A DNA stretch of 63,223 nucleotides, counting the filler, from Octopus bimaculoides (Eukaryota): assembly GCF_001194135.2 (NCBI RefSeq). It is 4 parts of 3 records of this genome, joined end to end, with 100 filler letters (N's around TTAATTAATTAA, not from the genome) between each part and the next. Parts side by side here need not be neighbours in the genome. Positions count along the whole stretch, not along the records: positions 1 to 25,557 come from NC_068982.1; 3 more parts are not named here. The stretch is one strand, 5' to 3'. Positions within the stretch are counted from its first letter, which is position 1; the number at the start of each line of letters is the position of its first letter. Both the position numbers and the translations under genes were made by a program. The notes below the pieces were generated by a model. That model saw only the letters and a program-made list of their open reading frames with translations, was not told the DNA's origin and made no database searches. This document shows positions 1 to 14,130 of the stretch, in pieces.

Positions 1-3000
1 AAAAAAAAAAAAAAAAAAAATATTGGATAATGCAGACCTGGATATACTGTCTAAAAAAAAAAAATAGTTTGATTGTAACTGGAACAGTTCTGATCATAAC
101 TTGGTCTCCTTTCCAAACTTGACTACTCTACAAGGTTGGCACTATACAGATGGCAACGTAGGCACATTGAGATAACTTATAATACTTTTTTAATGTAACT
201 GAAACGCAAAAACTTAGTAATAAAGAGAGCAAAGAAAGTCTTTCCTGGAACAAAGAATTGACTGTGACTTCACAGTAAGAGTAGTCTACTGACAGAATTG
301 GTAGCACATTGTACAAAACACTTAGCAGTATTTTTTTCTGACTTTCTACTTTCTGAGTTCAAATTCTGCCAGGGCTGACTTTGCCTTTCATCCTTTGGAG
401 ATTGATAAAATAACATATTATTCAAATACTGGGTCAATGTAATCTATTCGTCTCTTCCCCCAGAATTTCAAGGATAAAAGAAAATGTATTCTCTTTTATC
501 TCTATGATAAAAGAGAATACATTTCATATATATCTTCTCTTAATTCTCCCTTTAAGTTTTCTGAAATATTAGAAACAATCATGACCCTAATTTGTTTCAC
601 ATTTCAGTTTGCTATACTTGGTAGGTTTTCTTTGAAAGCCTATTTATCTGTAAACCTTTGAAATTTTTCCTTCTACTCCATAAAAGTTTTTCTTGTTCTC
701 ATCATCATCGTCATCATCATCATTATTTTGAAGTTGACTTTTCCATGCTAGCATGGACAATGGACGCTAAATGGTGATGATAATTGCAATCTACCAAATC
801 CACTCATAGGCCTTTTGGTTGGCCTGAGGCTATAGAAGAAGACACTTGCTCAAGATGCCGTACAATGGGACTGAATATGAAACCTTATGTTTGAGAAGCA
901 AGCTTCTTAGCACATATCTGCACCCGTGCCTATTAATTTTAAAATTCTTATATTTCCTATTATTATTATTATTGTTATTATTATTATTATTGTTATTATT
1001 ATCATTACATTTAAAACAGACAGTAACATAATCTATGAAGATAATCAATTTGCTAAGATTTTAAATATATATTTTAATGAAATTAATAGATTAAATTAGT
1101 TTATAACCAAGCAATAATCAGCTCCTACTTCTTTGAAAATTGTTCACTTGTTGTTAGCTTTGCTGTTATTTAATCATTTTATTTAATTGTTTCGTTCCTA
1201 TGAAGAAATGAAATGAGAAATTGCAAAAATTAATTCTCTTTATTTTTAGAACTATTACTGTTACTGGCTTCCAATGCTACAGATATTAATGTTGTTAAAG
1301 AACTAATTCTTGGAATGACTGGGTGCCACTGTTTGAATTTTGAGGATTTGGCATGGCTGACTGTACACACAGCCTGATTTGGAGACCATATGTTTTGACA
1401 CTGGAGGCAAATGCACACACAAGAAGTACACACTGACACTCTATCAGTTACATCTCAAAGGGTTCCAGTTGAGATGATCAATGGAACAACCTGCTTGTGA
1501 AATCAATGTGCAAGTGGCTGAACACTCCACAGACATGTGTACCCTTAATGTAGCTTTTATTTGTTTTGAACATACTAAAATCATCATGATCAGTATCATC
1601 GTTTAACATCTGCTTTCCATGCTGGCATGGGCTGGCCAGTTTGACTGAGGACTGGCAAGCCAAGAGGCTGAAACAATCTCCACTCTGATCTGGCAAGATT
1701 TCTATAGCTGGATGCCCTTCCTAATGCCAACCACTCCAAGAGTGTAGTGGGTGCTTTTTACATGCCACTCGCTTGGGAACCAATCAGGCAGCACTGGCAT
1801 CGACCATGTTTGGATGGTGCTTTTTACATGTCACCGGCAAGGGAGCCAGTCAGGTGGCATAGGCAAAATTTATTGATATACTTTTTATGCCCCACAGCTA
1901 GAAATAAATTTGAATATTAGAAAACTTGGATGTGGAAGAGATATTAATGCAGACAACTTTCTTGCAGGCCTTTGATGTACAGCAAAAAGAGAAAGGAGTC
2001 TTATGGTGGACCATTTCACTGTTTGTTGACTGCTCTTCAGAAAAGACACACCTAGTTTCTTTTTCCCAATGAATGATAGAATATCCAGCTTCTTCATAAG
2101 CAATAATAATTTAAGTTGTGAAGGTATGTGGCCAAGTGGTTATGGGATTGCATTCATGATCATGAAGTTGGTTTATTTCCAGACTAGTTGGTGTGTTGTT
2201 TTCTTGAGCAAACACTTCATTTTCTGCTGCTCCAGTTCACCCAGCTGTAAATGTGTTCTAGCAATAGTTGGGAAGTTAACCCTTCAATGGTCAGGTGCCC
2301 CATTCAAGGAGGACTGTTGTAATTTCAGTCACTTGTATGCCATGGAAAGTGGTCTGTGCCCACCATGCATTAAGAATTTTACCATTCATAACAGATCACC
2401 TGCAAGTTTCCTAATCACAAGCTATATTATGATGTCATTATAAATAGATGAAGTTATGATGTGATATAAACAGAAAGCTGTTCAAAATAAGTATATTAAA
2501 GTAAATTATGACATCAGTAGTAAGATATGACTATGAAGATATTAGTAGCCCAATTTTATTAATAGTTGTGATCAGAATAGTTTACATGTCACTGGATGTT
2601 CTTCTGAAAATACATATTTTGTCTCATATAAACTGCTATGTGAGTAAACAGCAAACAGTTTTAGCACAAATAAATTGTTCTGAAACTAATAAGGTGAGCA
2701 ATCAAACTCTTATATGGCTGCTTGACCTGCTACAAACAACAACCAAGTCTCTGTTATTTAAATAGAAAAAGGAAGCCCACATTAGATAATGTGGTTCTAA
2801 ATATACTCATCATCATCGTTATCACCATCATCACCCTCATCATCATTGTCATCATCATCATTATTAAAAATACATGGTCGATGCCAGCATGGATTAGATG
2901 ATTTGACAGGATCCATGGGCCCAAGGACTGCATCATGCCCCAGTTTTAGCAGGGCATGGTTTCTGTGATTGGACATTCTTCCTAATGTGTGGAAAATGAC

Positions 3001-3205
3001 AGCTTGGTCAAGGCTGGAATGTCTTTTATCATAAGATTGCTTGATTAGATCAAAACTGAAGCAAAATAACAATTTCTGATTCATATTATGCAGAAACTAA
3101 TGAGCACACACGTACACATATATGTGTGTCTCTGTGTTTCTGTGTGTGCAGTGCATATGTATGTATGTATGTATCTATCTATCTATCTATATATATATAT
3201 ATACT

Positions 3206-3253
<48 letters not shown>

Positions 3254-3355
3254 CATAGATATATATATATATATATGTATGTATATATGTATAAAACACT
3301 TGCAAATCTTCTACAATTTAACTCTTCCTAATGTTTCTTACAACATATTACCTAC

Positions 3356-3426
<71 letters not shown>

Positions 3427-3691
3427 CCTACCTATCTATATGTCTGTTTGTCTGTCTGCCCATGCACAACACAGTGTAAATTAGAAGAAGTGAAATAAAT
3501 TTAGATGTTACAAAATATCTTACTTTATAGATTACTGAATCTGAGTATGTCTTCTTTGAGGAATTGTCAATAAATCACATGGCAGTCCTTTAGGAGAACC
3601 CTTCCTTCTTTTCTCTACACATCAATATTATAGAAATAATATGTTTACATTCTTATTTAACCCACAGTGAGGTTTAACCAAACACACACAT

Positions 3692-3740
<49 letters not shown>

Positions 3741-4241
3741 ATTCAAAGTTCTTATTTTTTGCTGCAATTTTTAAGATGGTTTTCTGCAGAGTATATAATA
3801 ATCTTATTTATTTGTAAGTTGAGGTGTTAACTCAAAAGTTACTAATTAGCAAATGCCAAATTCTTTCAAGTTAGAAGGAAATAGGAAACAAATACTATAA
3901 AAACAATATAAATGGTTGGGTTTAGACCTCTGGCATAGAAGACCATGCCGACTAGGTTTAGTGCAAGATAATTTTGAAGTGTAATCAACACCATTTGGAT
4001 TAGCTATTGGGAGAGGTGAAGCAGATGTTATAAAACCTTATTTATGTGAACTGAATTCCACACAGATACAATGTGGTTGAGAATGGTAGGTGTTAGATTT
4101 ACTTTTGTAACTTTATTTCTAAAGAGTGAGCATCTTGAGTAGTAGTAATTTTGTATAGAATCAAGACTTTGAAGAGAGTTTAATCAAATATGTGTAACTA
4201 TATATGCGCGCACATGTGTGTGTGTGTGTGTGTGTGTGTGA

Positions 4242-4283
<42 letters not shown>

Positions 4284-4419
4284 TATATTATTTCTAAATA
4301 ATATATACATACACACATGCACACGCATATATAGATATATATAGATATACACACATATTTATATGTATGACTCTATGTGTGTGTGTGTATGTATATTCAC
4401 ACATACACACACACACACA

Positions 4420-4592
4420 ACCCTACATTCTCTGAATGGTTGGCGTTAGGAAGGGCATCCAGCTGTAGAAACTCTGCCAAATTAGATTAGAGCCTGGTGT
4501 TGCCATCCGGTTTCACCAGTCCTCAGTCAAATCATCCAACCCATGCTAGCATGGAAAGCGGACGTTAAACGATGATGATGATGATGATGATA
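4420..4592 (+). mobile_element. Retroposon 3' end with a (GAT)n tail (family C; copies at about 1585-1860 -, 11180-11330 +, 19119-19410 -)
   Basis: GGTTGGCGTTAGGAAGGGCATCCAGCTGTAGAAAC...GCATGGAAAGCGGACGTTAAACGATGATG recurs. Confidence 0.7.
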
Positions 4593-4927
4593 TGTATGTA
4601 TACATATACATATATACATGTGTATATATAATAATATTAGGGAATATATCATTCCAAACGTACAGGAATATGCAATTTAGTAATACTAAATTAAATTTCA
4701 CAATATATAATATATGTATATANNNNNNNNNNNNNNNNNNNNNNNNNNNNNNNNNNNNNNNNNNNNNNNNNNNNNNNNNNNNNNNNNNNNNNNNNNNNNN
4801 NNNNNNNNNNNNNNNNNNNNNNTATATATATATATACATATATATATACATACATATATATGTATACATATACATATATATGTATGCATATACATATACA
4901 TATTTGTATGCATATACATATATATAT

Positions 4928-5026
<99 letters not shown>

Positions 5027-5173
5027 TATATATATTCATATACATATATGCATATATATTATTTATACATACATAGATATATATACACATATGCATATAT
5101 CCACATATATATACATATACACATGTATAAATGAGTATACTATATATACACACACACACGTGCACACATGTAC

Positions 5174-5206
<33 letters not shown>

Positions 5207-5211
5207 CATAT

Positions 5212-5510
5212 CAGGGGCTCTCCCGTCATTAGACAATGTATGAGGGTTCAACAATTTCTTGCTGAACAACCACACAGATGATTTGTTTATAGTGATCAAA
5301 TGTTTGCGTAGACATAAGCTCACTCTCTCCATCAAATTGACATTACCTGCACAGGTGCACCTTGTGCCACATATCAGATGACGAAATGATTGCAGAGCAA
5401 TGTGAAATGAAGTGCTTTGCTCAAGAGCACTACACGATGCCCGATCTGAGAATTGAACCTACGATCTCGCAATTGTGAGTGTAGCACCCTAAACACTAAG
5501 CCATGCCCCT
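5212..5510 (-). mobile_element. tRNA-derived CORE-type SINE (another family; related copy at about 2120-2440, + strand)
   Basis: Head GGCATGGCTTAGTG...GGTTCAATTCTC, then CTTGAGCAAAGCACTTCATTTC. Confidence 0.6.
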
Positions 5511-5570
5511 TCATATATGTATATGTGTGTGTGTGTGCGTGTGCATATATATATTTCATAAAAGAAAAAG

Positions 5571-5729
5571 AATGACTTCACTGGTAGTTCTAATCAGTTT
5601 AATTTATTATTTAAAAAATTTTTCAATAATACAAATTTTAGTTCATAAACCTATGAACTAAAATTTATATTATTAAAAAATTAAAAAAAATAATAAATTA
5701 AACTGATTAGAACTACCAGTGAAGTCATT
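5571..5729. repeat. About 159-bp palindrome with a 4-nt loop
   Basis: Arms 5571-5647 and 5652-5729; the outer about 43 bp match exactly. Confidence 0.9.
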
Positions 5730-5777
5730 TTTTTTCTTTTTTCAGATATACCCAACTGTACCAAGGATCTCACACAT

Positions 5778-5814
<37 letters not shown>

Positions 5815-6859
5815 CATCATCATCATCATCATCATCAATATTCAACATTTATTTTCCTGCTTTGCATTGGCATTGGTGTAGTTCATCATCTGAAATTTCA
5901 TTATATTGTTTATGAGATTATGATGGAAATTTTAATTTTTACGTGAATACTTTCTTATGGATAGTCTCAAGTTGCTTCTTATTGAAAGGAAGAATTTCTC
6001 TGTAAAATAGCAATAAAACAAAATTTTATTATTAATCACTATCATACCAAGATAAAAATTTTTTGATTTTTTTTCTGAACTTATTTTCTTTCTTCTTTCC
6101 TTTTTTTTCTTTTTTTCTTTAAACTGTAAATTTTAAAGTAAGTTAAGATGATATCACTGTAAATATCCAAAATATTTCAAAAGAGGCAAAAACAGAGTTG
6201 TTGTGAGTGGGGTGAGACAAGGTGAAGTCAAGGAAGGAAGGAGAGTTACTGAGTTTGTGAAAACTAGAAGTACTGCACATGGTTTATGCGAGAATTGGGG
6301 CAGGATGAAAGGTGTTGACAAAAGTAATGAAGTTTGAGCTGTTCACAGGTAAGATAGGTGATGCCAATGCAGTGAGTGTCACAACTGTATAATGCTGGAG
6401 TGATTTTAGTGAACAAAGTGAAGATTAAGGCTACAACATGTCCAACTAATAATACTTCCCTATGCATATACACATATATGTAAAGCATACTGGCATTTTA
6501 TCTGCCTTGACTGAAAAATACACCTTAGATGCAAAACACCATCATCTTGCTCCATGTATCTCTGTTATATTTCCCACCCTGTCACTTTCACTGCTGTCAT
6601 GTAATTTTCTTATACTCCCCCACCCTTTCTCTGTTTGTTTTGATGAAGGACTACTGTCTGAAATGTTGATCTTGGCTCTGCTTCACCCTCTCAATGTGAA
6701 ATTAATTACCTTGTTACTTCTGTTGTCTATTTTGTTGGTGGTTGTTTTATGTTCTTGTCTTTCAGCAGTTTGTCTCTTTGACTGAACTGCAGTCTTGGGT
6801 GAAACGTAGACATAGGTGAGATGTCTGGTACCTGGTATATGTGCCTTGGGTACAAGCAA

Positions 6860-7500
6860 TGATATATTTTACTTAATAAATTGTATCTAAAGTTTTCTAT
6901 GTAATGAGCTGAGTGCCATGCAATGCTATTTGTTCTAAGTTGTGTATATTTGTAAGTCTTGAGATTTTGTTTATATATTTGTTTGCATCTATTTTTCTCT
7001 CAGTTGGAATTGATGCATCAAGTAGCAAATGTTTCTTCTCCTAACAGTCATTAACAATAAGTGGTCACTTTCCCTTAGTTTCCCTCTGTGTGTAAGTTGG
7101 CATGTCCTAGAGTAAGTTCCTTTATTTTCTATGCCCATTTCTAATGTAGATTTATACCAACTCTCTTTAGTTGGTATTTCATAGTGCTAACATAATTTCC
7201 AGTGCATGAAAGTTCTAAGTTTGTTATACTCACATATATATTTTATTTTGATTTTAGCTAAGGCAAGGCAGCCGGAAGCAATGTGATGAAATGTTTGCCC
7301 ATACAGCCACATACTCTATTGTTACTTATTGTAGTCTGTTTCTTGCAATCTTTTATCATATTTAAGTGATTGAAATGCTTTTGTGATCTTTACACTGCAC
7401 CACTAGAAATATCTTTCATTTTCGTAAAAAGTATTTCATAGTGTAAGAATTGGAAAAGTGTTTGTGCTGAGAGGTAACTGTACAGAATAAGTGGTATTTT
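6860..7500 (-). mobile_element. Old Dong/R4-like fragment (zinc knuckle and RLE)
   Basis: Frameshifted minus-strand peptides HIASGCLAL, FMHWKLC..YEIPTKESWY, LLLDASIPTE and LTNIHNLEQIALHGT. Confidence 0.6.
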
Positions 7501-9624
7501 TTTAATAATGTAAATTTTTGCAGATCAAATTTTTCTAAATACTTTTCTATTTGCAAAGAAAATCTGTTGATTTATCCAGCAGATTTATGTTTGGCTATGG
7601 TTCTTTGACAAAGTTCAGTAAAGCCAAAACATATCAGTGACTGTCACCTTGTCTGCTAATAATTATTAACTTTCCCTAAGTATGTAATTCAATAGTTTTG
7701 TGAAATTAAGTCTTAATTTCCAATTATTTGTAGATTTTTTGCTTACATGATTCACCACTTCACTCTTTTCCTGACGAATACTTTGTAATATTTTATTAAA
7801 GCTGTTTTTTCTCACAATTGAAACCCTGTTGCGATTGTCTTTATCTCAAAGGAAGTCAATAAAATAGACACCACCAATATCATTTCACTTTTTCCAAGAA
7901 ATTTGTAATCATGTTACAAAATTATAAATTCTCACCAATCAGCCTCATTATAATTACTCTTGTTTGTTTATTTTGCTCTAACTGATTTCTTTACATGAAA
8001 TTGTTCAGACCTTTCTTTTGATACCAATCTTGGTTCTATGATATTTACTTCCTGTTTTAAAGTGATGTGTTAAAGCCTTCTGCCAAAATTTCTGTTCCAA
8101 ACATTAGTGTAATGATGACAAAAATTATTTTGATAAATTGTTCCTTAATTTCAAAACTAATTGAAACAAAGGCAGTGCTTTTTCAACAGAAATATGGTAA
8201 CTAACAAAATAGTTAAAGACGAAATAAACTATATTCAATTAATGAAAGATGAACGTTTTGAAAGGCAGTTTGAAATCACTGAAAAAATAATTAATGGTGT
8301 AATGTTACACATGCATTTCCAAATATTAGAGTGTTTCCGATACTGAGTGAAGATATATTTCTAATTTCTCTGCAGCTGTTGCTTTTCCTTCCCTCTCTGC
8401 CAGAGTATTTCCCTATTTGCAACCCCATCATAAAATTTTATTAATGATATCAATGTGGAGAGAAATTTTAGAGGAATAAAAATCTGATGCTTGATACAGA
8501 ATTAGACAAATCTTAAAAGACAATCACTGGTGCTTTGGCTTAACCATTGATGTTAGTGTGCACCCAGAAATACTTATATATCCCATAGGGATTATATGGG
8601 GTGATTAATGAAAGGAATTGTAATAATTCAAGCAGAAATAATTTTAATTTTAAATAACTAATAGTTTTTCCAGCATGAACGTTTTTCTTTTTTTTAGTGG
8701 AGTGTTTTTTGCATGAATAGAAAATAATTTATTGAGGAAGTATTTTAAGCAACATATATTGCAAAATATTTTATCTAATTTCTCAACTGTAATATTTGAA
8801 GGAAAAAGAAAAAAATCTGCGGTGACTATCAACTGAACTCATTAGATAGTCATTTCTGAATATGTTAACATATATAATTATGTGTAGAATTTGTAGATAC
8901 ATATAGACATATACAAAATGTGTACACAGATATAAATAAGTGTACATAGATAGACATGTGTAAAATAGTTCCACATATAGATATGTATTGAATGGGTAAA
9001 TTGGGGAAATTCATCAGACACAAAACATTTGTGTAAAATAAATTCAAACGTCAATAATAAAAGAAGTGATTTCATTTTTAAATTTATATTCATAAAGAAA
9101 ATGAAATATCCCAGTAATACATATGCATTAGTCATTAACCTAATTCCCTATATGAATGTATGTTTATATTTACAAATTAGCATTTCCACTATATTAAACT
9201 ATTATACCAGCTGAAAAATCAATTAAAAGAAGTAAAGTAAGGAGGGAAGGACAGAGAGAGAGAGAGAGAGAGGGAGAGGGAGAGGGAGAGAGAGGGAGAG
9301 AGAGAGAGAGAGCCAATAAATCAAGCCTGAGTTACTAGAGCAAGAAGCTTGATGTGTGTGTGCGTGTGTGTATTGTTTTACCTATTATCTTTTCCATTTT
9401 AAGGAACCAATTTAATACATGGGAAAATATTAATTTCTTACATTGATAAAAAGCCACAAATTAGTCAGGTGGGTTATATCTGATTAAATTAACTGCAATA
9501 AATTATCCATATTTATCTTATTAACCCTAGTAATAGGAATAGGGAAGTTGATCTTATAAGGATTTGAACTTTAAAAACATAAAAGATTGTAATTGAATTG
9601 AGCAATGCAATTTGTTTGTTTCTG

Positions 9625-9970
9625 GAGTAAATATAATCTTATCTTGCCATTTGCAGATATTGTGCAGACAGTACATGTGAAAGACTTCAAATTTCTTTAT
9701 ATGTCTGTAGTAAGGTCCATGTAGTAGAGTCCATGTAGTAGAGTCCATGTAGTAGAGTCCATGTAGTAGAGTCCATGTAGTAGAGTCCATGTAGTAGAGT
9801 CCATGTAGTAGAGTCCATGTAGTAGAGTCCATGTAGTAGAGTCCATGTAGTAGAGTCCATGTAGTAGAGTCCATGTAGTAGAGTCCATGTAGTAGAGTCC
9901 ATGCTTCTCTCCTGTACAAAAGTGTGCTCAAAATACATGATTTGTATACACTTAATTTAGTTTTCAGACT
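9625..9970 (-). mobile_element. Divergent second copy of the same RTE segment, containing a 14-bp minisatellite
   Basis: Both flanks align to about 10320-10500 (STLLY..EAWT / YYRHIKKFEVFH). Confidence 0.8.
9707..9902. repeat. Minisatellite, 14-bp unit GTAGTAGAGTCCAT x13 perfect plus 1 variant
   Basis: 9721-9902 is 182 bp, exactly 13 units. The variant GTAGTAAGGTCCAT lies at 9707-9720. Confidence 0.97.
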
Positions 9971-10175
9971 GACAACAATTCCAGAACTTAAATGATACTT
10001 TTATTTTACCAACCTCAAAAGAATGAAAGGCAAAGTTATCCTTGGTAGTATTTGAACTCAGAACATAAAGTGCCAGAAGAGATGCTGCTAAACATTTTGC
10101 AGACTGATCGGATTAATGACTTTCCCAAGATGTCAAGTTAAGCTGTAGAGATTTTAGTTATTGCTTCAACTTTTC

Positions 10176-10560
10176 CTAATACCTAAGGACAGTATTTCCT
10201 TTACTGTGGCATCCCTCTGCTTGATGGTCATACAAAAGAAATGTTGGAATACAGTCATTTTTCATTTGAACAACATGAATCCTTAGCAGCATGCTTTGGA
10301 TACTGGCGATATCACATTTTTCTAAGATTTTGACATTAGATATCTTATCTTGCCATTTTATGTTGCAGATATTGTACAGACAGCACATGTGAAAGGTTTC
10401 AAGTTTCTTTATATGTCTGTAGTAGGAAGTCCATGCTTCTGTCCCATACAAAAGTGTGCTCAGAATACACGATCTGTATACACTTATTTTAGCTTTCAGA
10501 CTGGCACCATGTTCATCCCACAAACGATGGGGAAGTTTTCCAAAAGCACTTGTAGCCTTA
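10176..10560 (-). mobile_element. RTE-clade LINE RT C-terminal fragment
   Basis: Reads SKATSAFGKL..RLW...KISVYRSCILSTLLYGTEAWT..RHIKKLETFH..CL..I.NIKWQDKISN. Confidence 0.85.
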
Positions 10561-10561
10561 G

Positions 10562-10602
<41 letters not shown>

Positions 10603-12637
10603 GTTTCAAATTTTGCCACAAGTGCAGCCAGTCTTGGGGAGGGAATGAGACAATTACATCGACCTCAGCATCTCATTGGTACTTAAATTATCGACCCCTA
10701 AAGGATGAAAGGCAAAGTCGACCTCAGCGGAATTTGAACTCAGAATGCAGCAATGGGCAAAATACCGCTAAGCGTTTCATCTAGCATGCTAATGATTCTG
10801 CCAGGTCACCACTTTGAATAATGATAGCAATAACAATGGTTTCAAATTTTGGCACAAGGCCAGCAATTGCAGCAAAAGGGGTTAGTCAATTATATTTACC
10901 CTGGTACTTATTTAATTGACCCCAAAAGGATTAAAAGCAAAGTCAACTTTGGTGGAATTTGAGCTCAGTAGGTAAAGATGGATCACATACTACTAAGCAT
11001 TTTGTCTGGCATGGTAACAATTCTGCCAGCTCACTGCCTTAAGTAAGAATCATAATATTAATACAAATAAACAAACATTTCTTTTTTTTTTTTTGTTTAT
11101 TGTTACCAACAATCTGCTGACAAGCCAACAGAGGGAGCTTCTATGTATATATTCAAACTGATAGAAATAATTAGTCCACTGGAAATATCACCTTGCCTGC
11201 AAACAGGTGAGGGTTGGTGACAGGAAGGGCATCCAGTCATAGAAAATCTGTCACAACAAATTCCTTCTGGCTTACACAAGCATGGAAAAGTGAACATTAA
11301 ATGATGATGGTGGTGGTGGAGGTGATGATGTTGGTGACAGATCTGATCACACTCTATTCTGTCCTTACTACAAATTGCAGTTTTTTGTTTGTGGGGGGAT
11401 ATTTTGGTGGGGCAGGGAGGGGGTTATATGTTTGAAGTTGTTATTTTGTTCCTTCTTCTGAGTTCATAGCTCTGTTGTCTTTGAATCTAGTAAAGGGAAA
11501 GAGTTTCTGAAAAAAATAAATTAGCTTATGTATGAGTTGACTTCTTTATGATTTCCATATGAAATTTCTGTAATTTACCATCTGTAGCTGGTTTCATTTA
11601 TGTAAGTCATTAAAGCTGGAGTAGTTTAGCATTCTCAGGTCATTTGATTTTGTTTTGGGTGGAAGGATTTTGTTAACAGCATGAAATAAAGTTTTTCATT
11701 AATGTTTGCTAAATTTTTATGAAGACTGTTGGAGAGCAAAACAAAACCAATAAATAGATGAATAAAATATTTAAAGAAGAAAGAAATGAATGAATCTACA
11801 TAGTGACACATTTTCTTGTACACATCACCAAACCTTATCAATTATAAATGAATATCTTTGTTGTATTCTTAAAACTCGCTACACATAAAAATCTTCGTAT
11901 TCATAATTCCTTTTACTTTTCAACCTCATCCATGTACATCTTTCAAGCTGTAATAATTTTCATTAATGTGTTTCCATTATGATAAATGTGTCTCCTTCTT
12001 ACATATATTCAACATTGTGTTGATAAATTATTATTCATGTATATCATTGTAGTCCATAATATATTTAGTTCTCTATATTTTTTGTACAAATCCTTATTGA
12101 AGGCATATAATTATGCTTTTCTTCAATTATATATCCTATTGTATTCAATATTTCTCTTGCAATTAAGCAGAGATTTCAGATGCTTATAGGAATCCTCGGT
12201 ACTATTATACCTACTAAACTTTGCTTATTTCTTTTACATGTAATGTCTCCTTCATATTCTGACAAATGAAACTGCATTTACACTACAAGCTCCAACAACA
12301 ATTATAAGAGATTGAATGAAATTAACTGCTTATTTCTCAATCGTGTGTCACAAATGAATTTAATCTTCTGTGATGAGAGAGTCCTAATCACAAAAGATAC
12401 TCTAACTAAAGCCAATCAATTTTTGTGTATTTCGGAAAAAAAAAAGTAGTACTTATATTCTGGCAAGAATTCTGGGTCAAAGTAATAGGTTTATGAGGAG
12501 GTCAAAACAAGGTTAACAATGCTTTTCCCTGCTAAATGCATAGTAAAATCTTGTAATTTAGTAATTTTATACCTACATTCATTCAATGATCGTACTTCCA
12601 TAGATTTGCATGCATTTTTGTTGTAAGAGCACTGCAT

Positions 12638-12814
12638 AGGTGCAGGAGTGGCTGTGTGGTAAGTAGCTTGCTTACCAACCACATGGTTCCGGGTTCAGTC
12701 CCACTGCATGGCACCTTGGGCAAGTGTCTTCTATTATAGCTTCGGGCCGACCAAAGCCTTGTGAGTGGATTTGGTAGATGGAAACTGAAAGAAGCCCGTC
12801 ATATATATTTATAT

Positions 12815-12863
<49 letters not shown>

Positions 12864-13090
12864 CGTGTGTGTGTGTATATGCTTATGTGTCTGTGTTTGT
12901 CCCCCAACATCGCTTAACAACCGATGCTAGTGTGTTTACGTCTCCGTAACCTAGCGGTTCGGCAGAAGAGACCGATAGAATAAGTACTAGGCTTACAAAG
13001 AATAAGTCCTGGGGTTGATTTCTTAGACTAAAAGTGGTGCTCCAGCATGGCCACTGTCAAAAGATTGAAACAAGTAAAAGAGTAAAAGAG
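12638..13090 (+). mobile_element. tRNA-derived CORE-type SINE (family A), full length
   Basis: tRNA-like head (GTGGCTGTGTGGTAAG...GGTTCAGTCCC), CORE-like GCACCTTGGGCAAGTGTCTTC, internal (TA)n(TG)n and an AAAAGAG tail. Several paralogues in the window. Confidence 0.85.
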
Positions 13091-13654
13091 AGACTAGAAG
13101 AGTTGAAATTTTTACAGCTGAATTACTTTCCTACCACTATTAACATAACAATTAAGTATGTATGAGCTGATTTTATTTACACCAAATTAGACTAATGCAA
13201 TCACTCAAAACAATGGGTTTTAATATTTTAGGTTTCCGTATTATATAAAACAGGCAATATGCTTTATATCATTAAAATTTCATGCATATCAGCAACCAGC
13301 TTCCTGTAAACTATATGATGTGCATGTTTGTGTGTGTATGTGGGCATGTGTGAGTGTGTGTGTGTGTGTGTGTTTGCATGTAGATTCTCTCTTAGACACT
13401 CTTATTTAACCCTTACTGCCATTAACCATAGTTGACATTTTAATCTAACCTCAAAGAATTAATACCCAACTTTCTACTCTATCAGGGTTTATTTTTTAAT
13501 TTATTTTTTTTTTTCGGTGAAAGGCCCTTGCTTGTAATATAATTTTCTTACAGTCTTAATTATTGGTTGTATAGCCCTATATTTGTGTTTACTTTTCTGA
13601 GATCTTTGGATTTATTTTTTAGTAGTATTTGCCTTGTTTTGTTTTTTAATAATA

Positions 13655-13812
<158 letters not shown>

Positions 13813-13941
13813 TATANNNNNNNNNNNNNNNNNNNNNNNNNNNNNNNNNNNNNNNNNNNNNNNNNNNNNNNNNNNNNNNNNNNNNNNNNNNNNNNNNNNN
13901 NNNNNNNNNNNNNNNNNNNNNNNATATATATATATATATAG

Positions 13942-14130
13942 GAGAATTCACGAAAAAACAACAGACGAAGACAGGTGGTGTAAACAACAAATGAATGTAT
14001 TAGTATAACGCTCGGGAATAGAGAAAGTCTTTAACATTTCGAGCCTACGCTCTTCAACAGAAAGGAACACAGAAAGAAATAAGGAGAGAAACAAGGAGAG
14101 AAAAAAATATGTGTAGTGGTCAGCGATCTA
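13942..14130 (-). repeat. PLE-type terminal repeat family copy
   Basis: Reverse-complement homology to 22445-22636. Confidence 0.7.

Noticed and set aside
3122-5243. Numerous YI/CV/HT/LSIY-rich ORFs here and throughout the window
   Set aside because: They are translations of (TA)n, (TG)n and (TATC)n microsatellites.
6140-6460. Purine-rich, Cys-containing stretch as an exon or CXC domain
   Set aside because: There are stops in all useful frames and no identifiable family.
9707-9902. 14-bp array as a CRISPR array, or MDSTTWTLLHGLYY as a repeat protein
   Set aside because: There are no spacers, the DNA is eukaryotic, and the ORFs arise only because the unit has no stop codon on one strand.
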